Source: Vicugna vicugna
Taxonomy: Eukaryota
Direction: 5' to 3'
Assembly: GCA_013265495.1 (NCBI GenBank)
Contig: MU057989.1
Coordinates: forward strand, 697,513 to 761,512
DNA: 64,000 bases
Shown: piece by piece, positions 12,801 through 24,822 of the stretch
Layout of the letters: each line of letters starts with the position of its first letter
How positions within the stretch are numbered: the first letter of the stretch is position 1
Notes under the pieces: generated by a model
Told to the model about the DNA's origin: nothing
Seen by the model: the letters and a program-made list of their open reading frames with translations, nothing else
Databases searched by the model: none
Program-made: the position numbers and the translations under genes

Positions 12801-13999
12801 AGCCATTGTCAGAGCCCATGGTCTGATCTTTTAATGCACTGCTGGTTCAAGTTGCACGTATAATTTTTAAATGAATGTTTTGCATTTGTGTTTGCTGAGT
12901 TTGGCTTATTTTTACTAATGTTGATTTCAGGGTTATAATAACTTTGTAGAATGATTTGTATAGTTTTTCTATCATTTCTATACTCTGGATCAGTTTATAT
13001 AATGTAAGGCTAAGTCTGTTCCTTGAAGGTTTTATAGAACTTTCTCGTTAAGACCATCTCAGTTTGGCCCCTCTTTTAAGGTAGACCTTCAACTCCTTTT
13101 TGCATTTTCTATATAGTAACTTGTCTCTTTAGCCTTTCTAAATCTTAATGAGGTACTTAGCGTCTATCTCCACCAGCCAGTAATCAGGCTCCCTCTCCAC
13201 ATTCAGATCCTCTAACACTGCTCCTTCGTGCTCCAGAGTGAAACCTGGTTCTCTTCATGCAGTTTGCTCGCAGGATTCTCATTTGCTTCCCTTTACATTC
13301 CCTGTAGTTAAATACTGTTTTTGTCTTTCCCCAGAAGTACATTTAGTTTTGACTTTATGTAATGGAAATGATTACTTACTTTTTAATGCTTTTATTTTCC
13401 TAATTACATGTCTTGTGGGAGAGTAGAACTTGCTTTGTACAGAGCCTAGCGTCATCCACGGTTCGTTGTTTCATAAATACCTTGGGGTGGTGCTATGGAG
13501 CTACAGGGGAGGGCGGCCGCAGAGGGTGGGGAGTGGTTACCCAGGAACCTCCTACTTGACAGTCACCAAGTAGAGTCTTGTGCTGCCTCCCCTCTGTTAA
13601 TGTGATAAGTGGCTGTGTGCCTGGGCTGGCTGGGAGTGGAGCCGGGGTAGTTCCAGGCCACAGTTGTGCCCTCAGTCTGTGTAGGTGGCACTTAGGTGTT
13701 TGTGTTTTTCTTTTCTGCTATTAAACAACACTGCAGTGAACGTCCTTACATCTGCCCACTTGCTTGGAGAGCAGAGCTGGATGACCCAGGAGGCTCTTCT
13801 GCCTCTAGCCTTGCTTCTTGAAAGGGATCTGGTGGTGAGTGGTGTATATTCAAAAGTGGAAGAGTGAGCGTGTGCACTGTTCTGCTGAGGGGCTGGTCAT
13901 TTCTGACAAGTGTAACTACAGCTAACTCAGGGCCTATCAATGCAGCTTATTTAAATTTGGAGAGATTCCAGTGTTCTCAATTCCCCATACGTCCTGATA

Positions 14000-15780
14000 G
14001 CCAGGGGTAGAGATCAAGAATCTCCTCTAACTGCCACTCTTCCTCCTAATACCTAGAGGAATTGAACCCCATGAGAAGAACTGTAATGTTTCCCAGTATC
14101 CTGGAGAACTGAAATGAACTTCCACTGCAGATGTCTTCTGCAAGATTCTCCAGTTCTGTCCCCAGAGACATCTGGAGCTATGGTCACAAAACAGTCATCT
14201 GCCATTGGGCATATGATTAGGTGTCCCCTATAAGATTGTAGAGCAGGTGGTAGTAACTACTTTTGTGCCACTAGTTGGGCTAAGCAGAGTCTGTAATTAG
14301 TGGAGCACAGAAGACACGAAGGAGGGAAGAATAGGAGAAGGAAAACAAAGGAGCCCCAAAGAGAGATGTGATTTATTAGTTGTCTAATGCTGCCGTCAGT
14401 AATGGCTTCGGCTACCCCTTGGTGGTATCTGGGCCCCAGGAAGCAATCTTGGATGTGGTACCCTTCACCTGAAACCTTTAAGCATTTGTTTCATTAGATG
14501 GCAATAAGGAAACATGCCCTTTAACTGAATATACCAGGTGAGAAGTTGTCACCAGGCTAATTACAATGCTCGGATCAAAGAAAGCTCTTTCACAAAGCTG
14601 TCACTTTGGTTTGGCCAAGGCTCCCATTTGTGTTCAGAGTGTCTCAAGCTGTCCCTTAGACACAAAGAACAGGGTAGGGTAACTGAACGGTGAAATGTTT
14701 ATGGTATTTGCCGGCTATGTTTAGTTGTTCCTTCATTGAGAACATTTTTTTGTAGTGTGCTTTAAGGAAGAGGGGGTGTTTTTCATTGTTTGTTCAGACC
14801 AGCATGTATTCGTTGAGTCCCTACGTTTGTGAAAAGGTTCAGTAATCTGACTGATGGAAGCACTAAAAACAAAGCAGGTTTCGTGTTGAGTTTTTGCTGT
14901 TTGTCCTTTATGATAAGCTTGTGCAGAACTATTCAGGATAGAAATCAGCTATGATTAGCTGGAACCAGTTCTCCCTCAGGCCATCCATTTTCCATAGGTC
15001 CTGAGGAGGTTTTAACTCAACCTTCCCAATACATGTGACCGCTAATAAGACCTACTTACATGAAGTAGTTGAATCATATGAATACCACAAGTGTTACAGC
15101 CTATTGTAGTATGACCATGGTACAACTGAACAAATCAGTACGAATTACAGAGGTGTTTGCTTTGCTTTCCCAACAGAATTGACCTTTGCCTGTATATCAG
15201 ATATTATTATGGACAAACACCTTTATAATTGGCCATGACGTGATTATTTCTAGGTTCCAAGTTAATTGAGAAGCTAGTCACCCCGCCTCAGCTCATAGGT
15301 TTTGCTGAGGCTGGTCTCCATTGTGTGTAGCTATATAGCAGGGCCCACTTCCCCCTACAGGGAGGACACGAGCGGTATTTAGAATAGTGCTTATCCCTGC
15401 CAGTTGTGCTACAGGATATGTCTTATCCTGACCTGTTCTGGGGTGGGGGTGGTCACAGTGCATCCATGTAAATTACGGGTGCCCCCAGAGAACTTCCATG
15501 GATTTGGAGGACCATTGCCCCATGGCCTCTTCAGCCTCCATCTATATTAAAATAGTCAAGAGTCCCCTTTAGGTCAGGGGAGAAGCCCTTTTCCAACGCT
15601 GGTCCTAGCATTATCCCAAGTTATTTGTTGGGTCAGCCAAACCCACTTTGCTACAATCTCATTATCTTTCCATGCTGACTCCCATCCTTTGCTTTCCTCC
15701 TGCATGAGAACTCCCTGTAATCTGCTTCTTCTAGTGAATAAGTAAATTGTTTTCCTCTGAATGCCACTCCTCCTTTAAAG
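14000..15780 (-). mobile_element. Possible highly decayed ERV internal (env-like) fragment
   Basis: Non-L1 composition; minus-strand peptide remnant WKDNEIVAKWVWLTQQITWDN...GLLP resembles the start of a retroviral env SU. Confidence 0.3.
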
Positions 15781-15788
15781 TGAATTAT

Positions 15789-15920
15789 GGGGGAGGGTGT
15801 AGCTCAGTGGTTAGAGTGTGTGCTTAGCATACACAAGGTTCTGGGTTCAATACCCAGTACCACCATTAAATAAATAAATAACCTAGTTACTCCTCAACCA
15901 AAAAAATTTTTTTTAAAAAA
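15789..15920 (+). mobile_element. Camelid tRNA-Ala-derived SINE (Vic-1-like)
   Basis: GGGGAGGGTGTAGCTCAGTGG (A box)...GGTTCAATACCC (B box), A-rich tail, approximate TSD aaa(g/c)tgaatta. Confidence 0.85.
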
Positions 15921-16979
15921 CTGAATTAACCTCATTGTATGATGTCTAGACTGTCACTAGCTCTCTCTTGTGGGCCTTGCTTATCCACCAGGAGTGTTGT
16001 TGCCATTGTGTACAATGATATGAGTTCAGTTAGGATATGTAAATTGCTCTACAAGCTAATCCTACCATATTCTGGCTCCTTTGAAGGAATAGTTTCTGAA
16101 GTCAGTATTTTTTTTTCCTGACCCCAGGATGGCTCCTTTCAGCTTATGCTATTCCCTGGTTTTCTCCTGTAAACTAGCCAGCCTGTGGTTTAGGCTGTAT
16201 CTTGAATCTCCTTCCACTTGCCTTTCACTACAACCTCCATTTACTTGAGGGGACTTCTTCCGTCTCTGTTGCAAATGAAATCCATTCCTTGGGAAGAAGT
16301 TAGGAGCTAGTGCCCTCTGGCCTGTTTCTACCCCAGACAATAATCTAAACCAGAGCTGCTCTCTGAGAGACATTGTGCTGTTTGGAGCTGAGCACTCAGT
16401 AGGGGAGGGGAGGCAGCAGCCTGCGGTCCACTCGGCTCACTTCTTCAGGCATGAAGCTACCACATCATGAGCTGGGACCAGGATGATCAGGGCCCCCATA
16501 CTCTTAGAACACCCAGCCCAAGATGGAGCCTCCCTTCCATGAGGTAAGGGCTGGGCAGAAGAAGGGAGCCCCACCCTCCCTTGATTGCACTTACCTGGGA
16601 TTTAGCCTCAGAAACAGGCAGCTGAGGGCAGGATGAGACACCCTGAGGTCCTGTTCCTCTGAGGAAAGCCCTCTGGCTGGGTGCTGGCAGGAGAGGGAGT
16701 TCTGTGTTCTGAGGGCAGTAGTTTGGAGTAGGAGTGAGGTCTCTGCTTGCTGAACTGGGTTGAGAGAGGAAGGGAGCAGTCTTGGTTTAAGTACTACAAC
16801 CTTTCTTATTGCATTTTGAGTTTTGATAAATGTTTCTTTAGGAGCTGTTTCCCTTAGGACCATTTCCAGGTACTTTAAAGGGTTGTCTTCTTTTTATAGT
16901 TTTCACCAGTTTCCATGTGGAGCAGGTCAGCATAGCTCTTCATACTGTCATGCCAGAAGTCAATCTTGCCTTCATTTTA

Positions 16980-17460
16980 CTTTTGAAAAATTAATAGGCT
17001 TTATTTTTTAGAGACGATTTAGGCTTACAGAGGAATTGAGCCTTATGTAGGTAGAGTTCCCTATTCCTCATTCATTCTCCCCACACAGTTTTCCCTATTT
17101 TAACATTTTGCACTAGTGTGATACATTTGTTACAGTAGATAAACCAATATTAGTAATTATTATTAACTAAAGTCTCATACTTTAAGTTTCACTCTTGTTG
17201 TAAACTCTGTGGGTTTTGACAAATATATTATGACGTGTATCCACCATTACAATATCATACAGAGTAGTTAATGCCCTAAAAAAATAGAGCCCTAAAAATC
17301 TCCTATGTTCCATCTATTCCTCTCTCCCTCCTTCCTTGAGCCCCTGGCAACCACTGATCTTTTTACTCTCTGTAGCTTTACCTTTTCCCCGAATATACAG
17401 TTGGAGTTAACCTGTAGCCTTTTCAGATAGTCATCTTTCACTTAGTAATGTGCGTTCTTG
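16980..17460 (-). mobile_element. L1 3' end fragment (L1MC/MD-like)
   Basis: T-rich start and antisense L1 3' UTR motifs (cccctggcaaccactgatc). Confidence 0.7.
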
Positions 17461-17629
17461 TATTCATCTGTCTGTCTCTCCAGTGTTGGGGCAGTGGTTT
17501 AGCCCTATGTCTTCCTTTCTTATGGATCCAAGAAGAGTTGTTGATTTTTCAGTCAGTTCAGCTTTTTGCTACTTGTTAGGACAGAGTGGTGACTTCCAAG
17601 CTCCTTACATATGGAACTGGAAACCAGAA

Positions 17630-17945
17630 GTCCTGTTGCTGATAGATGAGAAAGCAGCTGATCCTTGTATATTAATCTTGTATTGTCCAGCCATCATATA
17701 ATTATTTATTAGTCCTAGGAGTTCTTTTGTTGATTCTTTGGGATTTTTTTTACATAGACAGTCACGTCATCTATGTACGAAGACTTATTTCTTCCTCCTC
17801 AATTTGTATAACTTTTATCTCCTTCTCTTGTCTTATTACCTAGGACTTCCTGTATGATGATACATGGGAGAGGTAAAAATAGACATCCTTACCTTGTTCC
17901 TGTATCTAATTTCTCACCATTGAGTATGCTGTTAGCTGTATGGTT
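17630..17945 (-). mobile_element. Ancient L1 (L1MD-like) ORF2, left part; interrupted, resumes at ~24410
   Basis: Antisense ORF2 ends ...gctgttagctgtatggttttt; the expected continuation tctttatcatgttgaggaagttcc is found at 24412. Confidence 0.65.
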
Positions 17946-17998
17946 TTTCTTTGTGATAAAATATACATAATATGAGGTTTACTGTTTTAACCATTTTT

Positions 17999-19327
17999 TA
18001 AAACATTTTTTATTGATTTATAATAATTTTACAATGTTGTGTCAAATTCCAGTGTAGAGCACAATTTTTCAGTTATACATGAACATACATATATTCATTG
18101 TCACATTTTTTTCTCTGTGAGCTACCATAAGATCTTGTATATATTTTCCTGTGCTATACCATATAATCTTGTTTATCTATTCTACGTTTTGAAATCCCAG
18201 TATATCCCTTTCCATCCTCCACCCCCTTGGCAACCACAAGTTTGTATTCTATGTCTATGAGTCTGTTTCTGTTTTGTATTTATGCTTTTTTGTGTGTGTT
18301 TTTTTTTAGATTCCACATATGAGCGATCTCATGTGGTATTTTTCTTTCTCTTTCTGGCTTATTCACTTAGAATGACATTCTCCAGGAGCATCCATGTTGC
18401 TGCAAATGGTGTTGTCCGTTTTTATGGCTGAATAGTATTCCATAGTATAAATATACCACATCTTCTTTATCCAGTTATCTGTTGATGGACATTTAGGCTG
18501 TTTCCATGTCTTGGCTATTGTAAATAGTGCTGCTATGAACATTGGGGTGCAGGTGTCTTTTTGAAGTAGGGTTCCTTCTGGATATATGCCCAGGAGCGGG
18601 ATTCCTGGGTCATATGGTAAGTCTATTCCTAGTCTTTTGAGGAATCTCCATACTGTTTTCCATGGTGGCTGCACCAAACTGCATTCCCACCAGCAATGTA
18701 GGAGGGTTCCCTTTTCTCCACAGCCTCTCCAGCATTTGTCATTTGTGGATTTTTGACTAATGGCCATTCTGACTGGTGTGAGGTGATACTTCACTATAGT
18801 TTTGATTTGCATTTCTCTGACAATTAGAGATATTGAGCATTTTTTCATGTGCCTATTGATCATTTTATTTCTTCCTTGGAGAATTGCTTGTTGAGGTCTT
18901 CTGCCCATTTTTGGATTGGGTTGTTTGTTTTTTTCTTATTAAGTTGTATGAGCTGCTTATATATTCTGGAGATCAATCCTTTGTCAGTTTCATTTGCAAA
19001 AATTTTCTCCCATTCCGTAGGTTGTCTTTTTGTTTTACTTACGATTTCCTTTGCTGTGCAGAAGCTTGTAAGTTTAATTAGGTCCTATTTGTTTATTCTT
19101 GCTTTTATTTCTATTGCTTGGGTAGACTGTTCTAGGAGAACATTTTTGAGATGTACGTTAGATAATGTTTTGCCTCTATTTTATTCTAGGAGGTTTAGTG
19201 TATCTTGTCTTATGTTTAAGTCTTTGATCCACTTTGAGTTTATTTTTGTGTATGGTGTAAGGGAGTGTTCTAGCTTCATTACTTTACATGCTGCTGTCCA
19301 GTTTTCCCAACATCATTTGCTGAAGAG
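17999..19327 (-). mobile_element. Young 5'-truncated L1 with 18-bp TSD
   Basis: ORF2 C-terminus ([18 protein letters not shown]); TSD actgttttaaccattttt at 17981-17998 and 19328-19345. Confidence 0.93.
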
Positions 19328-21109
19328 ACTGTTTTAACCATTTTTAAATGTACAATTCAGTGGCATTAAATGCATTCAAATGGTTGTACAACCATCACCA
19401 CTATCCACACTACCCATCTCCAGAACAGACATTCCAAGCTGAAACATCATACCCTTTAAACAATAACTCCCCATTTTTCCCTACCCCAACCCCTGGCAAC
19501 CACCACTCTACTTTCTGTTTCTATGAATTTGACTGTTCTGGGTGCCTCATATACATGGAATCATACAATATGTGTCCTTTGATGTCAGGCTTCTTTCACT
19601 TAGCATAATGTCCTCGAGGTTCATCTATGTTGTAGTATGTGTCAAAATTTCATTACATTTTAATGCAAAATGACATTCTGTTGTATAGATATGTCACATT
19701 TTGTTTATCCATTTGTCCATTAGTAGTAACTTGTGTTGCTTTCATATTTTGGCTTCTGTGAATAATGCTGCTAGGAACATGGGTGTACAAATATGTTTGA
19801 GTGCCTGCTTTCAATTCTGTTGGTTACATACCTAGAATTGGAGTTGCTAGATTACAATAATTCTATGTTTAATTTTTAAGGAATCTCAACTGTGTTTTCC
19901 ACTGTTGCTGCACTATTTTGCATCCCTGTCAGCAGTGCACAAGTGTTCTAACTTCTCCATATCCTCATAAAAACTTATAATTTTCTTTCTTTTTTTAAAA
20001 TAATAGCCATTCTAGTGGGTGGATAGTGGTAGTTCGTCAGTTTTGATTTGTATTTCCTACTGCTTAATGATAGTGAGCATTTTTCATGTGCTCATTGGCC
20101 ATTTGCATGTCTTTGGAGAAATGTCTGTTCAAGTGCTTTGCCCATTTTTAAGCTGAGTTATTTGTTTTTTGTTGTTGAGTTGTAGGAATTCTCTATATAT
20201 TCTGAATATCAGATGCTAATGAGATAAATGACTTTGAAATATTTTCTCCCACTTTCTGGTTGTCTTCCTTTCTTAATAGTGTCCTTTGATGCACAAAAGT
20301 TTTTAATAGGAGTCCAATTTGCCTGTATTTTCTCTTGTGGGAGATTTTGTAATATCTAAGAAATCACTGCCAAATCCAAAGTTGTGCAGTTTTTACCCTA
20401 TATTTACTTCTAAGAGTTTTATAGGTTAAGCTCTTACATTTAGATCTTTGTCTATTTTGAGTTATTTTTGTTATAGACTGAGGCAAGGGTCTAACTTCAT
20501 TCTTTTGCATGTGGATATCCAATTTTTCCAATACCATTTGTTAAAAAGACTGTCCTTTCCCTGTTGAATGATCTTGGCACTGTTGTCTGAACCTTGCATA
20601 CAAGGTCAAATGATTTTCGATAACAGTGCTAAGATTGTTGGACCTTATATGCAAGAATTTATTTCTGGGCTCTCTGTTCTATTCTATTGGTTTATTTGTT
20701 TGTCTTTATGTTAGTATCACACTGTTTTGATTACAGTAACTTTGTACTAAGTTTTGAAATTGGGAAGTGTGAGACCTCCAGTTTAGTCCTTTTTCAAGAT
20801 AATTTTGGATATTTGGGGGTCCCTTGAGATTCCATATGAAGTATAAAATAGGTTTTTCTATTTCTGAAAAAAAGTCATTGAGATTTTGGTAGGGATTGCA
20901 TAAATAGGTAGATCACTTGGATAGTACTAACATCTTGTTAACAATATTGTCTTCCAATCCATGAAGACAAGATGCTTTTTCCATGTATTTATATCTTCTT
21001 TAAATCCTTTCAGCAATGATTTGTATTTTTCAGTGTATAAGTCTTTCACCCTTTTAGTTAAGTTTATTCTCAAGCATTTTAAACTTTGATGCTGTTGTAA
21101 ATGTAATTC

Positions 21110-21132
21110 TTTCTCCCTTTCTTTCTTTTTCT

Positions 21133-21170
<38 letters not shown>

Positions 21171-21234
21171 TTCCTTCCTTCCTTCCTTCCTTCCTTCTTC
21201 CCTCCCTCCCTCTCTCCCTCCCTTCCTTCCTTTC
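21110..21234. repeat. Compound polypyrimidine microsatellite (TTTC)n(TTCC)n(TCCC)n
   Basis: Directly visible. Confidence 0.95.
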
Positions 21235-21941
21235 ATCAAACCAACTTTTAATGTCTATGACCAAAACAAAGTTTAAGTCTCTCATGGCTATGAAACCTTT
21301 ACCATTAATTTCAATTTTTATTAAATGGAATTGTTTTCTTAATTTCGTTTTAGGATTGTTCATTGTTAGTGTATACAAATGCAACCAATCTCTATTGTTT
21401 TTCTATTCTCCATTTATTGCCAGTATTTTTAATTAATAAATTAATATTTATTAATTCTTTTGTCCTGCTAGCTTTGGTTTTAGTATGCTTTTTTCTTTTA
21501 TTTACTTTAAGTGTAAAATTAGTCTGTTGCTTTGAGATTTTTCTTCTTTTTTAATGTAAACATTTGTAGCTATAAATTTCCCTCTTAGCACTGCTTTTGC
21601 TGCATCCCAAAGTTCTGGTTGTGTTTTCATTTGTCTCAATGTATTTTCCAACTTTTCTTGTGATTTCTTCTTTGACCTGTTAGTTGTGTGAGAGTGTGGT
21701 GTTTAAATTCCACATATTTGTGAATTTTCCAGTTTTCTTTTGCCTTTGACTTCTAGTTTCTTTCCATTGTGATTGGAAAGGATACTTTCTATTATATTAG
21801 TCTTTTTATATTTATTGAAACTTCTCATAGTCTCAAATATAGTCTGTCCTGAAGAATGTTCCATATGCACTTGAGAATGTTTATTCTGGTGTTGTTGGAT
21901 GGAGTGTTCTGTATGTGCCTGTAAGGTCTAGGTGGTCTAGT

Positions 21942-22961
21942 GCATGAAAAAATGCTCAGTATCACTAATTATCAGAGAAATGCAAATCAAAACTATAGTG
22001 AAGTATCACCTCACACCAGTCAGAATGGCCATCAGTCAAAAATCCACAAATGACAAATGCTGGAGAGGCTGTGGAGAAAAGGGAGCCCTCCTACATTGCT
22101 GGTGGGAATGCAGTTTGGTGCAGCCACCATGGAAAACAGTATGGAGATTCCTCAAAAGACTAGGAATAGACTTACCATATGACCCAGGAATCCCGCTCCT
22201 GGGCATATATCCAGAAGGAACCCTACTTCAAAAAGACACCTGCACCCCAATGTTCATAGCAGCACTATTTACAATAGCCAAGACATGGAAACAGCCTAAA
22301 TGTCCATCAACAGATAACTGGATAAAGAAGATGTGGTATATTTATACTATGGAATACTATTCAGCCATAAAAACGGACAACACCATTTGCAGCAACATGG
22401 ATGCTCCTGGAGAATGTCATTCTAAGTGAATAAGCCAGAAAGAGAAAGAAAAATACCACATGAGATCGCTNNNNNNNNNNNNNNNNNNNNNNNNNNNNNN
22501 NNNNNNNNNNNNNNNNNNNNNNNNNNNNNNNNNNNNNNNNNNNNNNNNNNNNNNNNNNNNNNNNNNNNNNNNNNNNNNNNNNNNNNNNNNNNNNNNNNNN
22601 NNNNNNNNNNNNNNNNNNNNNNNNNNNNNNNNNAAAAAAAAAAAAAAAGAACATAAATACAAAACAGAAACAGACTCATAGACATAGAATACAAACTTGT
22701 GGTTGCCAAGGTGGGGGTGGGAAGGGATAGAATGGGAGTTCAAAATTTGTAGCTATTGACAGGCATATGTAGAATAGATAAACAAGATTATATGGTATAG
22801 CACAGGGAAATATATACAAAATCTTATGGTAGCTCATAGAGGAAAAAAAATGTGACAATGAATATATGTATGTTCATGTATAACTGAAAAATTGTGCTCC
22901 ACACTGGAATTTGACACAACATTGTAAAATGACTATAACTCAATAAAAAAAAGTTTTAAAA
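21942..22961 (+). mobile_element. Young 5'-truncated L1 with 19-bp TSD; contains an assembly gap
   Basis: ORF2 C-terminus, 3' UTR, AATAAA and A tail; TSD aaggtctaggtggtctagt (21923-21941) / aagatctaggtagtctagt (22962-22980). Confidence 0.93.
22471..22633. other. Assembly gap (163 N)
   Basis: Run of n. Confidence 1.
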
Positions 22962-24256
22962 AAGATCTAGGTAGTCTAGTCTACAGTGTTGTTCTAGTAC
23001 TCTGTTTCCTTACTGAGCTTCTGTCTGGTTGTTCTATTATTAAAACCAAGGTGTCAAATTCTCCTACTATTATTTTAGAGCCATTTTTCCCTTCATTTCT
23101 CTCAAGGTTGGCTTTATATATTTAGGAGCTCTGATGTTTGGTGAAGTGTACTTATATTGTTATATCTTCTTGGTAAAATCCCTTTTATCATCATATAGTG
23201 TCCTTCTTTGTATCTTGTAACAGTTTTTTTTAACTTAAAGTTTCATCTGTTTGATATTAGTGTAGCCACTCCAGCTCTCTTTTAGTTACTATTTGCATGG
23301 AATATTTTTTCCTATCATTTCACTTTCATCCAGTTTGTGACTTTAGATCCAAAGTGTGTTTGTCTGTAGCATTTACTTGGAATGTGTGTGTGTTTATTCC
23401 ATTCTGCCAGTCTGTGCCTTTTGACTGGGGAGATTAATCCATTTACATTTAAAGTAAGTGCAGATAAGGAAGGACTTACTTTTGCATTTTTTAATTTGTT
23501 TTCTGTATGTCTTATAAGTTTTTGTCCCTTAATTCCTTTATTAATGCCTTCTTTTGTGTTCAGTTGATGTTTTGTAGTGACACATTTTGATTTCTTTCTC
23601 ACTTCATTTTGTGTGTATTCTATATACATATCCTCAGACTCAATAATTTCACATCTTCAAGTTCTCTAATTCTTTCTTCAATCTGCTCAAATCTGCTGTT
23701 GAACCTTTCTGGTGAATTTTCTCACTCGGTTATATTTTTCAGCTCCAGAATTCTGTTTGGTTCTTTTTATAATTTCTCTCTGTAGGTATTCCCATTTTGT
23801 TTATATATCATTTTCCTGATTTGCTTTCCCTTTTTGTGTTTTCCTTTAGCTCTTTGAGCATATTTAAGACAGCTGTTACAAAGTCTTTATCTGTTAAATC
23901 TAATGTCTGTGCTTCCTGAGGCATGGTTCTTGTCAGTTTATATTGTTCCTTTAAATGGATCATGTTTTCCTGTCCTTTTGTAGTTGTTGAAAATTGGCTT
24001 TGTGCCTAGGCAGTCCTTCCCTGATTTATTGGACTTATTCTGAACCTAGAGCTCAGCCCAAGGTGAATGCTTAAGGTCTTCTCTGGTCCATCCTGAAGAT
24101 TTGTTTTGCCTGAGTCTGTGTGTGGCTTTTTCAATTTCTCTGTATCCACAGCTGTTTTTGAATGTCTTAACTTCCTGAGTCTCTCATCTCCAGCTTCTCT
24201 TTGGCCTTAGATTGTCTATTATATGTCTCCATTGATAAGCTTTTGTTCCAGGCATC

Positions 24257-24457
24257 TCAGAAAATAGAAGCAGAGAGAACACTTCCTAACTCATTCTGTG
24301 AGATCAGCATTATCTTAACACCAACATAACAAGAAAACTACAGACTAGTATCTCTCATGAACATAGATACAAAAATGTTCAACAAAATATGAACTATTCA
24401 AATCCAAATAGTCTTTATCATGTTGAGGAAGTTCCTCTCTATTCTTAGTTTGCTCAA

Positions 24458-24494
<37 letters not shown>

Positions 24495-24822
24495 TTAATG
24501 TTGAATGGGTGTTGAATATTGTGAATTTCTATTAATATGATCATATGATTTTTCTTCTTTGGCCTGTTAATGTGAGGATTTGTCTTAATTGATTATTGAA
24601 CGTTAAGCTAGCCTTTCATACCTGGAATAAATTCCACTTGGTCATGATGTCTAATTCTTTGTATACATCATTTGGATTTGAATAGTTCATATTTTGTTGA
24701 ACATTTTTGTATCTATGTTCATGAGAGATACTAGTCTGTAGTTTTCTTGTTATGTTGGTGTTAAGATAATGCTGATCTCACAGAATGAGTTAGGAAGTGT
24801 TCTCTCTGCTTCTATTTTCTGA
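24257..24822. repeat. Perfect 153-bp inverted repeat (24257-24409 / 24670-24822) with 260-bp spacer
   Basis: Base-by-base reverse-complement identity checked by hand. Confidence 0.95.
24460..24492. repeat. (TG)n microsatellite
   Basis: Directly visible, about 16 units. Confidence 0.95.

Larger units (their letters stand above)
17946..24256 (-). mobile_element. L1MB-like element (3' UTR, ORF2, ORF1 remnants) inserted in the older L1 and hosting two young L1s
   Basis: 3' end at 17946-17998 continues at 19346; ORF2 N-terminal remnant (TLNVNGLISPVKRHRLAEW) at 23315-23629. Confidence 0.75.

Noticed and set aside
15789..15870. tRNA-Ala-like sequences (also at 26632, 50766, 60393, 61770, 62296, 62465)
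   Set aside because: They are diverged, lack clean acceptor stems and carry A-rich tails and TSDs, so they are SINE heads, not tRNA genes
18363..18908. 181-aa ORF (and the 161-aa ORF at 21944-22429)
   Set aside because: Frameshifted C-terminal fragments of L1 ORF2 in 5'-truncated copies; not genes
21054..21384. Lys/Glu/Arg-rich ORFs
   Set aside because: Translation of the microsatellite
22361..22743. ORFs containing poly-X
   Set aside because: Artefacts of the N gap
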